Below are positions 35,084-46,766 of a stretch of DNA of 64,000 bases, piece by piece (positions within the stretch are counted from its first letter, which is position 1; the number at the start of each line of letters is the position of its first letter). The notes below the pieces were generated by a model that was given only the letters and a program-made list of their open reading frames with translations, searched no databases and had not been told where the DNA came from. Source of the stretch: Scenedesmus sp. PABB004 (lineage: Eukaryota); NCBI GenBank assembly GCA_014905635.1, contig JABVCE010000003.1, positions 248,001 through 312,000 on the forward strand, written 5' to 3'. The translations under genes were made by a program, and so were the position numbers.

Positions 35084-38000
35084 ATGGCGAAGCGGCGCTC
35101 CAGCACGGAGCTGGCGGCGGCGGGCGTCGAGCTTGGCGCCGGCGCCGACGGCGTGGACGTCTCCTCCGTGCGCATCACGCCCCTGGGCGCGGGCCAGGAG
35201 GTGGGGCGCTCCTGCATCATCCTGGAGTACGCGTGAGTCCGGCGTGGGCGGCGCTGTCGACGCTGTTGGCACTGCAGCCGCAGCGCCGGCGCCGGCGCCG
35301 CTGCCGCAGGCGCTGCCGGCGCGCCTGGCGCCGCCCTCGCGCCCACCCCGCCGCCGCGCCGCAGCGGCAAGAAGGTCATGTTTGACTGCGGCATCCACCC
35401 GGGCCTGAGCGGCGCCAACAGCCTGCCGTTCCTGACCAACGAGGACCTCGACGAGGTCGACGTCGCGCTCATCACCCACTTCCACCTCGACCACTGCGCC
35501 GCGGTGCCCTTCCTGCTCGCACACACCACCTTCAAGGCGCGCCCCGCCGCGCTGCACACCCCCGCGCACCGCCGCGCTGCACACCCCCGCGCCCCGCCGC
35601 CCCCCTCTCCCCCTCCCCCACCCCACCTACCCCGCGCCGCGCCGCGCCGCGCCCTTACCCTGCGCGGCGCTGGCCGCCGCCGCCCACCGTGTCGCCGCCG
35701 CCGCCGCCGCCGCCGCGCAGGGCCGCATCTTCATGACGCACCCCACCAAGGCCATCTTCTACACGCTCGTGTCAGACTTTGCGCACCTCAGCGCGGCGGG
35801 GGGCGAGGAGCCGCTCTTCACCAAGCGCGACGTCGAGGCGGCGCTGGACCGGATTGAAGTGCTCGACTTTGACCAGACGATCGAGGTCGCCGGCATGCAG
35901 GCGCGTGCGGCGCCGCGCGGCGCGAGGGGCGAGGGGCGAGCGCGCGCGCCCGCCGGCCGCGGGGGCGGCGGGCCGCGGCACCGGGCAGCCCGCGGCGGCC
36001 GCGGGGTGCGCGGGCGCGGGCGCGCGGCGCGGGGGCGTGACGACGCGGCGGCGCCGCGCCGCGCCGCGCCACGCCACGCCGCGCCGCGCAGATCACGCCG
36101 TACCGCGCGGGGCACGTGCTGGGCGCTGCGATGTTCATGGTCAACATCGCCGGCATGCGCGCGCTCTACACGGGCGACTACAGCCGCGTCACCGACCGCC
36201 ACCTGCCCTCCGCCGACATGCCGCCCGTGACGCCCCACATTGGTGTGGCGCGGCGTGGAGCGCGCGGCGCGGCACCGGCGCGGCGCGCGTAGCCAGCGCA
36301 GCGCGGCGCGCTCACCGCGCCCCGCGCCGCAGTGATCGTGGAGAGCACGTACGGCACGCAGCTGCACGGCCCGCGCGAGGCGCGCGAGCGCCTCTTCACC
36401 GAGCGCGTCGCGGCGACCGTGCGCGCGGGCGGGCGCGTGCTGGTGCCCATCGTCGCGATCGGCCGCGCCCAGGTGCGGCGCGCGGCGGCGCGCCCGCGCG
36501 CCCGGCGGCGCGCCCAGGCGCCCGGCCGCCCGCGCGGCGGCGCGGCCCGTCGCCCCACGCCCGCCCCACGCCCGCCCGCCCTGCCCCCTCCCCCAGGAGC
36601 TGCTGCTGCTGCTGGACGACTACTGGGCCCGCCACCCGGGCCTCGCGGGCGTGCCCATCTACCAGGCGAGCGGCGTCGCGCGCAAGGCGCTCAACGTGTT
36701 CCAGACCTACGTCGGCATGATGAACGACGACATTCAGGCCGCCATACAGGCGCGGCCGCCCGGCGGCGCCGCGCCCGCGCTCCGCGCAAATATCGAGCGC
36801 CCGCGCGCCGGCCGCGCCGCGCGCCGGCGGCCAGCGCGCCGACGCCGCCCGCCGCCGCCGCCCGCCCGCCGCCGCGCCATCCGCCGCCCGCCGCCGCGGC
36901 GCAGTTCCGCAACCCCTTTGCGTTCCGTCACGTGCAGGTGCTGCGCAGCGGCAGCGTGATCGAGGAGAGCGGGCCGTGCGTGGTGCTCGCGACGCCGAGC
37001 ATGCTGCAGAGCGGGCTGAGCCGGGACCTGTTTGAGGCGTGGTGCGAGAGCCCCGCCAACACGGTCATCATCGCTGACTTTGCGGTGCAGGGCACGCTCG
37101 CGCGCGACGTGCTCTCCTCGCCCACGCACGTCATGAGCCGCACCGGCGTCAAGGCGCGTCGCGCGGCGCCGCGCACGACACGTTGCGCGCCGCCGCGCGC
37201 ACGGCGCTGCGCCGCGCCGCGCTGCGCACCGCGCCGCGCCGACCCCGCTCCCGCTCCCCCGCCCGCGCCGTCCGCGCGCGCCGTGTGCGCGCCCGCGCAG
37301 CTGCCGCTGCGCTGCAAGGTCGAGGCGATCAGCTTCAGCGCGCACGCTGACTATGACCAGACGAGCGGCTTCCTCGACGAGCTGCGCCCGCGCCACGTGG
37401 TGCTGGTGCACGGCGAGTTCAACGAGATGATGCGACTCAAAAACGTGAGGGCGCAGGGTACCTGTGCAGGGCGACAGCGGCCGCCCAGCCCTCCCGCGCC
37501 CCCCGCGCCGCGCCCTGCCACACGCCGCCCCGGCCAAGCGCTGCGCCGCCGCCGCCGCCGTCGCCGCCGCCGCCGCGCAGGCGCTCGAGCGCACGGCGGC
37601 GCAGAAGGGCTGGGACCGCACGCTGCACACGCCCAAGACCGACAGCAGCATCTTCATCCCCTTTGCGCACACGCACACGACGCGCGTGCGCGGGCGCCTC
37701 GCCGAGGCGCCGCCCAAGGCGGGCGCGGCGCTGCGCGGCGTGCTGGTCGCGCAGGGCGGCGCCGACGAGCTGCTGCACCCCGCCGACCTGGCCACCTTCA
37801 CCAAGCTCACCGCGGGTGCGGCGCCCGCGCCCGCGCCTGCACCTATGCGCCCACGCGCCGCGCGCGCGCCGGGTGCGCGCCGCGGGCCTCACGCCGCCGC
37901 GCCGCGCCGTCCGACGCAGGCAAGGTGCTGCACCGCCAGGCGGTGGCGGTGAGCAAGCCGTTCAGCGAGGTGCGGCTGGCGCTGGAGGTGATGTTTGAGG

Positions 38001-38560
38001 GCATCGAGGGTGCGGGGCACCTCCCCGTGCGCGGCGTCTCGCCCGGCGCGGCGCAGCGGCAGGGGCAGCAGCAGCAGGAGGAGGAAGATGAGGGCGAGGC
38101 GGCGGTGAGCGTGGGCGACGTCGTGATCGTGCGCTACCGCCGCGGCGACGCGGCCGCGGGCACGGAGCCGCACGTGGTGCTCGAGTGGGCGGGCGGGTCC
38201 AAGGGCGACGTCGTCGCCGACGCGGTGCTCGCGGTGCTGCTCGCCAACGCGGCGGAGCCGAGCGGCGCGGCGCGGGCCGAGGCCGCGCGCCAGGCGGCGC
38301 TCGCCGACGGCGACGCGCGCGGCGCGCTCGCGGCGGAGGTGCGGCTCGCGGGGCTGCTGCTGGGCGCGCAGTTTGGGCCGGTGAGCGTGGACGAGGGCCT
38401 CGCCCGCATCGTGGTGGACGTGGACGGCGCGGAGGTGGTGGTGGACCACGTCGCGGGCAAGGTCGACTGCGCGTGCGACGCGCTGCGCGGCCGCGTGGAG
38501 CGCGTGCTGCGGCGCATCCACGAGGCGCTCAAGCCCTGCGCGCTCGACTTTGAAGACTGA
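35084..38560 (+). CDS. CPSF3: Cleavage and polyadenylation specificity factor 73 kDa endonuclease
   Basis: [90 protein letters not shown]. Confidence 0.96.
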
Positions 38561-38685
38561 GGCGAGCTCAGTGGCCGCGGGGCGCGCGCGGTCCTGCAAG
38601 AGGGACCCCGCGTCGGCGGCCGGGGCGTCGTACGTGCTTGCAACGCGCGCGCCTCCCACCCTCGCCCGCACCGCGCGGCGCCCGA

Positions 38686-38922
38686 TCACTTCTTGCTGCT
38701 CGCCGCCGCGACCACCGCGGGGCGCCCGCCGAGCTGGTGGTGCGCGCGGGCCGCCGCCTCGACGTACTTGACAAACTCGTCGCGCCGCTTGTGGTGGGAA
38801 GTGTCAAACGCGCCGTGCGCGCGCATGAACTCGACCTGCAGGCGCGCGAGCGCGCGACGGCGGGCTCGGCCGCGCGCGCGCGCCAGCTCGCTGCCGGCCT
38901 GCTGCGGGCCTCGGCCAGCCCC

Positions 38923-38974
<52 letters not shown>

Positions 38975-39302
38975 GCACCGCGTCGGCGTCCCACGTGAAG
39001 TCGCTGTGCGCAGTCCCGGCCATCGCCGCGCCGTTGCGCAGCAGGTAGCCCGGGTTGGCCGCGCCCCACAGGCTCTGGCTCATGCCCGTGGCCACGCTGA
39101 GCTCGGTGTCGGCCTTGTAGCTCGCCGCGAAGGCCGGCAGGTCGACGCCGCGAGTCGGCGCGGGCGGCGGCGGCGGCGACCAGGACATCAGCCGACCCGC
39201 TGCGAGCTCGCGCTCGAGAAACTGGCGCTGAATCTTCTGCTCCTTGCTGATTGTCTCGTGAATAATAGCAGCCCGCTGGGCGTCGAGGTAGAACGGCGCC
39301 AT
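38686..39302 (-). CDS. Small FAM183/CFAP144-like (flagellar microtubule inner protein-like) protein
   Basis: Two exons: QRAAIIHETISKEQKIQ..LMSW..TAHSDFTWDADA|VEF..HHKRRDEFVKYVE. The motif order parallels FAM183 proteins as I recall them; the family call is tentative. Confidence 0.5.
38923..38973. repeat. (CCG)n microsatellite, about 17 units, intronic
   Basis: Perfect CCG run inside the intron of the FAM183-like gene. Confidence 0.9.
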
Positions 39303-39625
39303 GGGCGCGCCGCGGCGGAGCGCGCGCCGCTGCTCTGCGGGCGCGCTGCGGTGGGAGCTCGCGGCGGGCTGCGGGTTGAGCACGGCAGACTCGCAGGGCC
39401 ACAACTGACGGGCGGGCCAGAGCGCGGGGCGGTCGGGGCGCTTCGGGGCGTGGACCTCGCGGGCTTTGACGCGCGCGAGCTCGCGGGCAGTCGCGCGGGA
39501 CGCCCAAGAGCTCGGAAAGAGCTCGCTGAGACGCTGCGAGCTCAGCGGAGTGCGCAGCGCGGCGCAGCGCGCCGCTCGAGCGCCGCCCGCCGCTCGCCGC
39601 TCGCGCGCCGTGCTGAGAGGGTTGG

Positions 39626-39630
39626 TTACA
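39626..39630 (-). terminator. TGTAA poly(A) signal of RPS17
   Basis: TTACA on the + strand about 110 nt past the RPS17 stop. Confidence 0.6.
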
Positions 39631-39739
39631 GCACGAGCAGCAGTCGCCGCCTGCTGCGTGGCCCGGCAGCCGCCTGCCCGGCGGCTGCGCGCGCTGCTGC
39701 TGCTGCTGCCGCCGCCCCCAAGCCCCGATGCGACGCCCT

Positions 39740-41306
39740 TTACTTGCGGAAGCCGCCCTTGAAGCCGCCGGGCGGGCCGCCGGGCGGGCCGCCACCGCCA
39801 GCCGCGGCCTGCGGGCGCGCGGCAGGGCGGGCAGAGGGAGGCGGGGTGAGCGGGCGGGGACGGCTGCGTGGCGCGCGGCTGCGTGGCCGGCGGCTGTGCA
39901 GCCGGTCGCCGCCTGCTGCGTGGCAAGCCCGCCACGCACCGCCTGCAGGGTGATGCCGGGCAGGCCGACCATGTTGATGGACTTGAGCATGTCCAGGGTG
40001 TCGCGGTCCACCTGCGCGCAGCAGCAGCGCGCGCGTCGGCGGCGGCTCGCTGGCCGAGCCCCGCCGCCGCTGGCGCTGCTACTACTACCGTCGCTGCTGC
40101 CGCCGCCGCCACTGCTGTCGCTGCCACCGCCGCTGCTTCGGCTCGTGTGCCTGCGCGGCGTGCTGCCGCGGCGCACCTCGATCGTCTCGGTGTTGATCGC
40201 CGACTCCTCGGGCACAAAGTCCATGCGGCGCTCGCGCTCCTCCTCCTGCGGGGCAGCGCCGCGCGGCGCGTGAGCGCATGGCGCCGCTGCGCTGCCGGCG
40301 CAGGCGCGGCTGAACGCGCTGCCGTGGCCGCCCGCGTCGCGCTGGCTCCCCCCGCGCGGACGCTCCCGCGAGCCCGCCTGCCGCCATTGCAAGCTGCTGC
40401 TGCGACTGCTGCTGCCGCCCGCCTGCTGCCGCCGCTGCTGCTGCGACCGCTGCTCCCGCCTGCGCGCCCGGCCTGCAGGGGCCTCTCCAGCGCAGCTCTG
40501 CCGCCGCCGTGGCCAGGCGCCGCCGCAGCCGCCCAGCGCCGCCGCCGGCGCCCGCCGCTCTCCGGCCAGCCTCCGCGCACCTGCAGCTTCAGCGAGATGC
40601 CGCGCACCGGGCCGCGCTGGATGCGCTTCATCAGGTGCTGCGGCGGCGGCGGCGGCGGCAGCAGCGGCGGCGCCCGCCGTCAGCCAACCGGCCGGCGCGG
40701 CCGCGGCGCACCGCAGGTCCGCCCCAGCTGCCGCGCCGGGCCGCCAGTGTCGTGCCGAGCCGCCCGCGGCCGCGCGGCGGCCGCGGCCACGGCGCGGCCG
40801 GCCGCGGCCGCCGCGCGCGCGGCAGCAGCAGCAGCGACGGCTGCGCCGCGCGCGCCGGCGCGGCGCGGGGCGCCCGCGGCCCGACGCGCCGCGCTGCCGG
40901 GCCGGGCGCGTGGCGGGCGTCCCAGAGCGGCCCCTGGGGGCGCCTGCGGCGCGTGCGGGGCCTCACCGTGGTGAAGCCAGCGATCTTGTTGCGCAGCCGC
41001 TTCGTCTGGATGACCGCAATCTCCTCGCACACCCGCTTGTTGGTGTCAAAGTCCATGGTGAGGCGGGAGTAGTACTTCTCGATGATGACACGAGAAGCCT
41101 TCTTCACGGTCTTGGTGCGCACGCGACCCTGCGGCGGTGGGCATGCCGGTGCCCCCGCTGAGCCGCCGCCCCCCGGCGCCCGCCGCCGCACGCAGCGACC
41201 CCATGTCGCCGCCCGGCGCCGCCAGCGCGCCCTCTCGCCCCCGCCGGCGCGCGCTGCCGCGCATCGCCCGGCGCCCGCCGCCCGGGCAGCAGGGGCGACG
41301 CACCAT
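39740..41306 (-). CDS. RPS17: 40S ribosomal protein eS17
   Basis: [87 protein letters not shown]; 5 introns. Confidence 0.98.
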
Positions 41307-41555
41307 CCTGGCTGGCTGCGCAGGACACCACGCGGGCCGCGACCGTCACGCAGGGAAGAGGCCGAGCGCAGCGGCGGCGCGGAGGACGAGCTGCTCGCGG
41401 CCTGGACCCCGAACCGCGCGGTGGCTGCGGCCCTTGCACGCTCGCGCCCCCGGTCTGCCACAACGGCCCGGCGCTCCCGATCATCGCTCCACCGCGCGCA
41501 CGCCGCGCCGCCGCCGCACCGCCCGCCGGGGCAGCACCCGACGGCGCCGGGCGCG

Positions 41556-42955
41556 ATGGCGCAGTATGAGCTCTCCCGCACGCTCGCGCGCTTTCTGGAC
41601 AAGCACCTCTGCTTCCCGCTGCTCGAGTTCCTGCAGGACAAGGGCGTGTACAGCGAGGAGGACATCATGAAGTCCAAGATTGCGCTGCTGCAGAACACAA
41701 ACATGGTCGACTTCGCCATGGACATCCACAAGGAGCTCTTCCAGACCGAGGACGTGCCGGAGGCCATGATGGAGCGGCGCCAGGAGGTCGTGCAGCGGCT
41801 GCGCACGCTCCAAAAGGCGGTCGACCCCATCATCGGCTGCCTGAGCAACCCGAACGTCATCCGCAACTTCAGGCGCGCGCCAGGGCCGCCCGGAGGGGGC
41901 CGTGGGCCTGGGGGCACGCGCCCGGACGCGCGCCGGCCCCGTGCGCCCCGCAACCGCCCCGCAACCGCCCAGCCCCCGCGGCAGCCGCCGCCGCTGCCGC
42001 CGCCGCTGCTGCTGCAGCGCGGCGCCGGCAGCGCGGCGCCGGCAGCGTCGCGCGGCTCGCCCGGCAGCGCCCGCCCGCGCCCGGCAGCGGGCGGCGGCCG
42101 CCCCTCGCGCCGCTCGCCGCGCCGGCCGCCGCCGGCCGCGCGCGGCCCGGCCCGCCCACGCGCCGCCCGCGCGTCGCCGCCGCGCAGGCAGGACCGGGCG
42201 TTCAACCTGCAGTTTCTGAAGGAGGAGTTTGACATCGGCCCGGAGCAGATCGAGGCGCTGTACCAGTACGCCAAGTTCCAGTTCGACTGCGGCAACTACA
42301 GCATGGCCTCGGAGCTGCTGCAGGCGCGCGGCGCGCGCGCGCGCCTGGCAGCGCCGCCGGCGGCGCCGGGAGCGGTGGCAGCGCAGCGCCAGCGCCAGCT
42401 GCGGCGCGCCAGACGCGGCGCGGCAGCGGGCGCGGCAGCCTGGCGCGGCTCGGCGCGCGCCGCGCCCGCGCGCCTGCCCCGCTCACGCGCCCGCCCCGCG
42501 CGCCCCGCGCTGCGCAGGCGTACAAGCCGCTGTGCACCACGAGCGAGCGCAACATGAGCGTGCAGTGGGGCAAGCTCGCGGCCGACACGCTGACGCAGAA
42601 CTACGAGCAGGCGAGCGAGGACCTGCTGCGCCTGCGCGAGTCGCTCGACAACCAGAGCTTTGCGACGCCGCTGATGCAGCTGCAGCAGCGCACGTGGCTC
42701 ATGCACTGGAGCCTGCACGTCTACTGGAACACCGAGAACGGCAAGAACGCGCTCATCGACCTCTTCCTGCAGCCGCCCTACCTCAGCGCGATCACGATCA
42801 ACGCGCAGCACCTGCTCCGCTACCTCGCCGCCGCGGTCGTGGTCAACCGCAAGCGCCGCAACGTGCTGCGCGAGCTCATCCGCGTCATCCAGGCCGAGGC
42901 GTACGAGTACAGCGACCCCATCACCCAGGTGCGCGCGCCGCGCCGCGCACACACC

Positions 42956-42986
<31 letters not shown>

Positions 42987-43510
42987 GGTGGGGCGCCTGC
43001 GGCAGAGCGCGCGCGCGCGCGCCGCGCCCCCGCGCGCCGCGCCCGACGCCCGCCCCGCCCCGCGCCTGCGCCGCGCGCCGCGTCCAGTTCCTGGAGTGCC
43101 TGTTTGTGCACTACGACTTTGACGGCGCGCAGCAGAAGCTGGCCGAGTGCGAGGGCGTGATTGAGCACGACTACTTCCTGACCGCGATCAAGGCCGAGTT
43201 CCTGGAGAGCGCGCGGCTGTTTGTGTTTGAGACCTACTGCCGCATCCACCAGTGCATCAACATCGACATGCTCAGCGAGCGCCTCAACATGGACCAGGGC
43301 GCGGCGGAGAAGTGGATCGCCAACCTCATCCTCAGCGCGCGGCTGAACGCAAAGATCGACTCCAAGGCCGGCACCGTGGTCATGGGCCAGCAGAGCAGCA
43401 GCGTGCAGGAGAGCCTCGCCGAGAAGGCCAAGGCGCTCAGCGTGCGCACGTTCACGCTCGCAAACGCCGTCGTCGGCGCGCCCGCCGCCGCCGCGACCAA
43501 GGTCGCGTGA
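41556..43510 (+). CDS. EIF3E: Translation initiation factor eIF3 subunit e (INT6)
   Basis: [93 protein letters not shown]; 3 introns. Confidence 0.97.
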
Positions 43511-43667
43511 GCGGCGCGGCGGCGGGCGCCGGGGTGGCGGGCGGGCGAGGTGGGGGGCGGCGGGCGGGGGCGGGCGGGCGGGGCGTGCGCGGCGGTGCTG
43601 GCGCGCGCAGCGGGCGGCTGCGCGACTGCGCCGGGCGTGCGCGCCGCGGGCGATGCAGTTGGAGAGG

Positions 43668-43790
43668 GCGGCCGGGCGCCGCGCCGCGCTCGGCGCGGCG
43701 GCTGTGTGCGTGCCCTGTTTGCGTGAGCAGGCGCGCCCGGGCCCTCGAGTTTGCTGCGGCGGGGTCGCTGGGGTCGCTGGTGACACGCCG
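43668..43790 (+). repeat. Direct repeat A, copy 1 (downstream of eIF3e)
   Basis: Aligns with 46767-46890; shared core CCTGTTTGCGTGAGCAGGCGCGCCCGGGCCCTCGrGTTTGCTG..GCGGCGGGGT..CTGGTGACrCGCCG. Confidence 0.9.
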
Positions 43791-43830
43791 CTCAAGCGCC
43801 GCCCAACGCCGCTCAAGCGCCGCCCAACGC
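43785..43830. repeat. 21-bp tandem duplication
   Basis: ACGCCGCTCAAGCGCCGCCCA x2, located at the A/B junction. Confidence 0.9.
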
Positions 43831-43834
43831 GCCC

Positions 43835-43896
43835 CCCAGCGCGGCCCGCACGCCGCCGCCCGCGACCGAGCAGCCGCCCCGCTCCGCTCAGCCCTC
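43835..43896 (+). repeat. Direct repeat B', degenerate copy of the RME-8 stop codon and proximal 3' UTR
   Basis: CCCAGCGCGGCCCGCACGCCGCC (23 nt) is identical to 50099-50121, followed collinearly by GCCGCCCC-GCTCCGCTCAGCCCTC versus GCCGCCCCAGCTCGCCTCAGCCCTC (50149-50173). Confidence 0.7.
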
Positions 43897-43903
43897 AGGG
43901 GGA

Positions 43904-43937
43904 CGGTCTCACCAGCGGCTGCGGTCTCACCAGCGGC
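43904..43937. repeat. 18-bp tandem duplication
   Basis: CGGTCTCACCAGCGGC(TG) x2. Confidence 0.9.
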
Positions 43938-44190
43938 GCGCGGGGTTGCGCCGGCGAGTGTGACGGTCAGGCCGCGGCGGCGCCAGATCCAGCCCGGCCG
44001 GCGATCGAGGGCCACTCCCTGTCCGCAATCTCAGTGGCGCGGGCATCCCTAGCTCGCCGCTGATGGTCCTTCTGGCCCGCTGTTGAGGAGGGCGCGCCTC
44101 TCGCGCCCTGGCCCCGCTGTTTGCCGCTGGCCGCACCCGCGGCCGCGGTTCGGATCGGAGGGGCGGGCCAGGCAGCAGTAGGAGCCGGAG

Positions 44191-46704
44191 ATGGTGCGCC
44201 GCAGCGCGGCGGCGGCGCGAGCGGCGGCGCGCGGGCCGCCGAATGCAGCCCGCCGCCGCTCCCCGGACTCCACGAAGGCATCCACGGCGGCCAGTGCGGG
44301 CGACGCAGGCAGCGGGCCGCCGGCGCCCGCCGCAGCCCACCCGCCGCCCGCCGCCGCTGCCTGCCCGCCGCTGGTCGCCCCGCGCCCGTGCGCGCAGATG
44401 CCGGCGGCGCCAGGGGCGCCGGCGGCGGACGCCGACGTCGTCGTGGAGGTGGCCGACGCGGGCCTCCCCGGCTGGCGCAGCGACCCCAAGTCGCTGTCGC
44501 TGCCCGGGGCGCACGCGAGCGTCCCGCTGCCGGCGGCGGGCGCGCCGCGCTGGCGCATGGCGCTCAGCTATGTCGGCATCGGCGCGACCGTGGCGGTGGG
44601 GTACATGGAGTGCGTGCCGCCGCGCCGCACGCGCGCGCGCAACGCGGCGTGGCGGCCGCGGCAGCGCGCGCCGAGGCCCGGCCCCGGCGGCGCTCACGCG
44701 CTCACGCGGCTCCGCGCGCCCCGCCGCGCGCCGCGCGCGCAGCCCCGGCAACTGGAGCACGGGCCTCGCCGGCGGCGCGCGCTACGGCTACGCGCTGCTG
44801 TGCGTGGTGCTGGCGTCGAGCGCGTTTGCGGTGCTGCTGCAGCACCTCTCGCTCAAGCTCGGCGTCGCGGCGGGGCGGGACCTCGCGCAGGCCTGCCGCG
44901 ACGCGTACCCGCGGTGGGTGCGCGCGCCCGGCGGCCACGCGGCCAGCGCGGCGCGGCTGCACGGGACCCGGCGCGGCGCGCAGCGCGCTCCGCGGCGCTC
45001 ACGGCCCGCGCGCGCCGCAGCTGGGCGGTGTGGCCGCTGTGGGTGCTGGCCGAGGTCGGCATCGCGGCGACCGACCTGGCGGAGGTCATCGGCGCTGCGG
45101 TCGCGCTGCGCCTGCTCACGGGCATGCCGCTGTGGGCGGGCGTGCTCATCACGCTCGGCGACGTCGCGCTGCTGCTGCTGCTCGAGGGCCGCGGCTTCCG
45201 CTGGCTCGAAGCCTTTGTGATGCTGCTCATACTCTTCATCTTTGGCTGGTGCGCCCCCGCCGCGCGCGGCGCCAGGGCGCGCCAACACGCGGCGCCAGGG
45301 CGCGCCAGCGCGCGCCGCGCGCGCCCGGCTGGCAGCGGCGCCGCCGCGCGCGCCGCGCGCGCCGCGCGCGCCCCGCGCCCAGCGCGCGCCCCGCGACGCA
45401 CACGCCGCCCGCCCGCGTGCGCGTGCGCCCGCGCGCAGCTTTGTGTATGAGCTCGCCGCCGCGTCGCCGGCGTGGGGCGACGTCGCGGCCGGGCTGCTGC
45501 CGCGCGCGTCGCTCTTCACCGACCCGGGGCAGCTGTTTGTCGCCATCGGCATCCTCGGCGCGACCGTCATGCCGCAGTGCGCCGCCGCGGCGCGCGCGCA
45601 ACGGCCGCAGCGCGGGCGCCAACGCGCGCCCTGCGCTCACCGCGCCCCGCCCCTCCGCCCGTCCGGCGCGCGCAGCAACCTGTACCTGCACAGCGCCGTC
45701 ATCCAGACGCGCGCGTTCCCGCGCACGCGCGCCGGCCGCGCATCGGCGATCCGCTACGGCGGCGTGGACAGCGCGCTGAGCCTGGGCTTTGCGTTTGTGG
45801 TCAACGCCAGCATCCTCATCCTCTCCGGCGCGGCCTTCTTCTACAGCGCCCACCCCCACAGGCGCGGCGCGGCGGCAGCGCGGCGCCAGCGCGGCGCGGC
45901 GGCGCGGCGGGCGCGCGCGGTGCCCCGGCCGCGGCCCGCGCGTGCGCGCGCCCACGACGCGGGCGCGCCGCGCAGGGAGGGCGTGGACATCTCCGACGCG
46001 TACCTGCTGCTGTCGCCGACGCTCGGCGCGCGCGCGGCGTCCATCGTGTTTGCGCTCGCGCTGCTCGCGGGTGCGGCGGCGGCGGCGCGGCGCGGCGCGG
46101 CGCGGCGCGGCGCAGCGCGGGGCGGCGCGGCGCGGCGCGGGGCGGCGCGGCGCCCCGTCTCGGCGGGGCTGGGCGTGCTCACGCGCCCGCCGCCGCCGCG
46201 GCCGCGCGCACAGCCGGGCAGAACTCAACGGTCACCGGCACGCTGGCGGGTCAGGTCGTCATGGTGCGCGCGCCGCCGGGGTGCTGGGGCCCCCGTGCTG
46301 CCGCCGAGGCGGCCGCCGCGCGCCGCGCGTCACAGCCGCACCCCCCTCGCCCGCGCCCGCGCCCGCGCCCGCAGGAGGGTTTTGTGCACATCCGCCTGCG
46401 CCCCGCGCCGCGCCGGCTGCTCACGCGCAGCGTCGCGGTCGTGCCGGCCGTTGTCGTCGCGGCGGTGCTCGGCGACCACGCGGTGGGGCAGCTGCTCGTG
46501 GTGAGCCAGGTCGTGCTGAGCATGACGCTGCCCTTTGCGGTGTGGCCGCTCATCCACTTCACCTCGGCCGCCAAGTTCTGCGGCCCCCACGCCAACAGCC
46601 GCGCCACGACCGCCGTCGCCGCGGGCGTGGCGGGCCTGATCACCGGGCTAAACGCCTACCTCCTCGTCGCGCTGCTGCGCGACCCGGCCGCGGCGTTTGC
46701 GTGA
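44191..46704 (+). CDS. NRAMP/MntH-type divalent metal (Mn/Fe) transporter
   Basis: Spliced product has [66 protein letters not shown] and [16 protein letters not shown]; 8 introns; alternative start at 44398. Confidence 0.95.
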
Positions 46705-46766
46705 CGGGCAGCGCGCGGCGCGGCGGAGCGCGGCGCGGCGTTGCGGAGCGCGGCGCGGGCTGGCGA

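Noticed and set aside
40248..40968. Intronic snoRNAs in the longer RPS17 introns
   Set aside because: No convincing C/D (RTGATGA/CTGA) or H/ACA box arrangement seen.
43785..43937. Short repeats that could suggest a CRISPR-like array
   Set aside because: Only two adjacent copies each, no spacers, no cas genes, eukaryotic context.
43897..44015. Extension of the B' repeat into RME-8 coding sequence (minus-frame GATP..AGET versus GATP..AGDT)
   Set aside because: Suggestive, but too short and gapped to support a pseudogene call by eye.
44063..44086. uORF MVLLARC upstream of NRAMP as a metal sensor
   Set aside because: TSS unknown and no supporting conservation; short ORFs arise by chance.
44191..46704. 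Recent horizontal transfer of a bacterial mntH
   Set aside because: Eight host-style introns and host-like codon usage; MntH-like NRAMPs are established in green algae.
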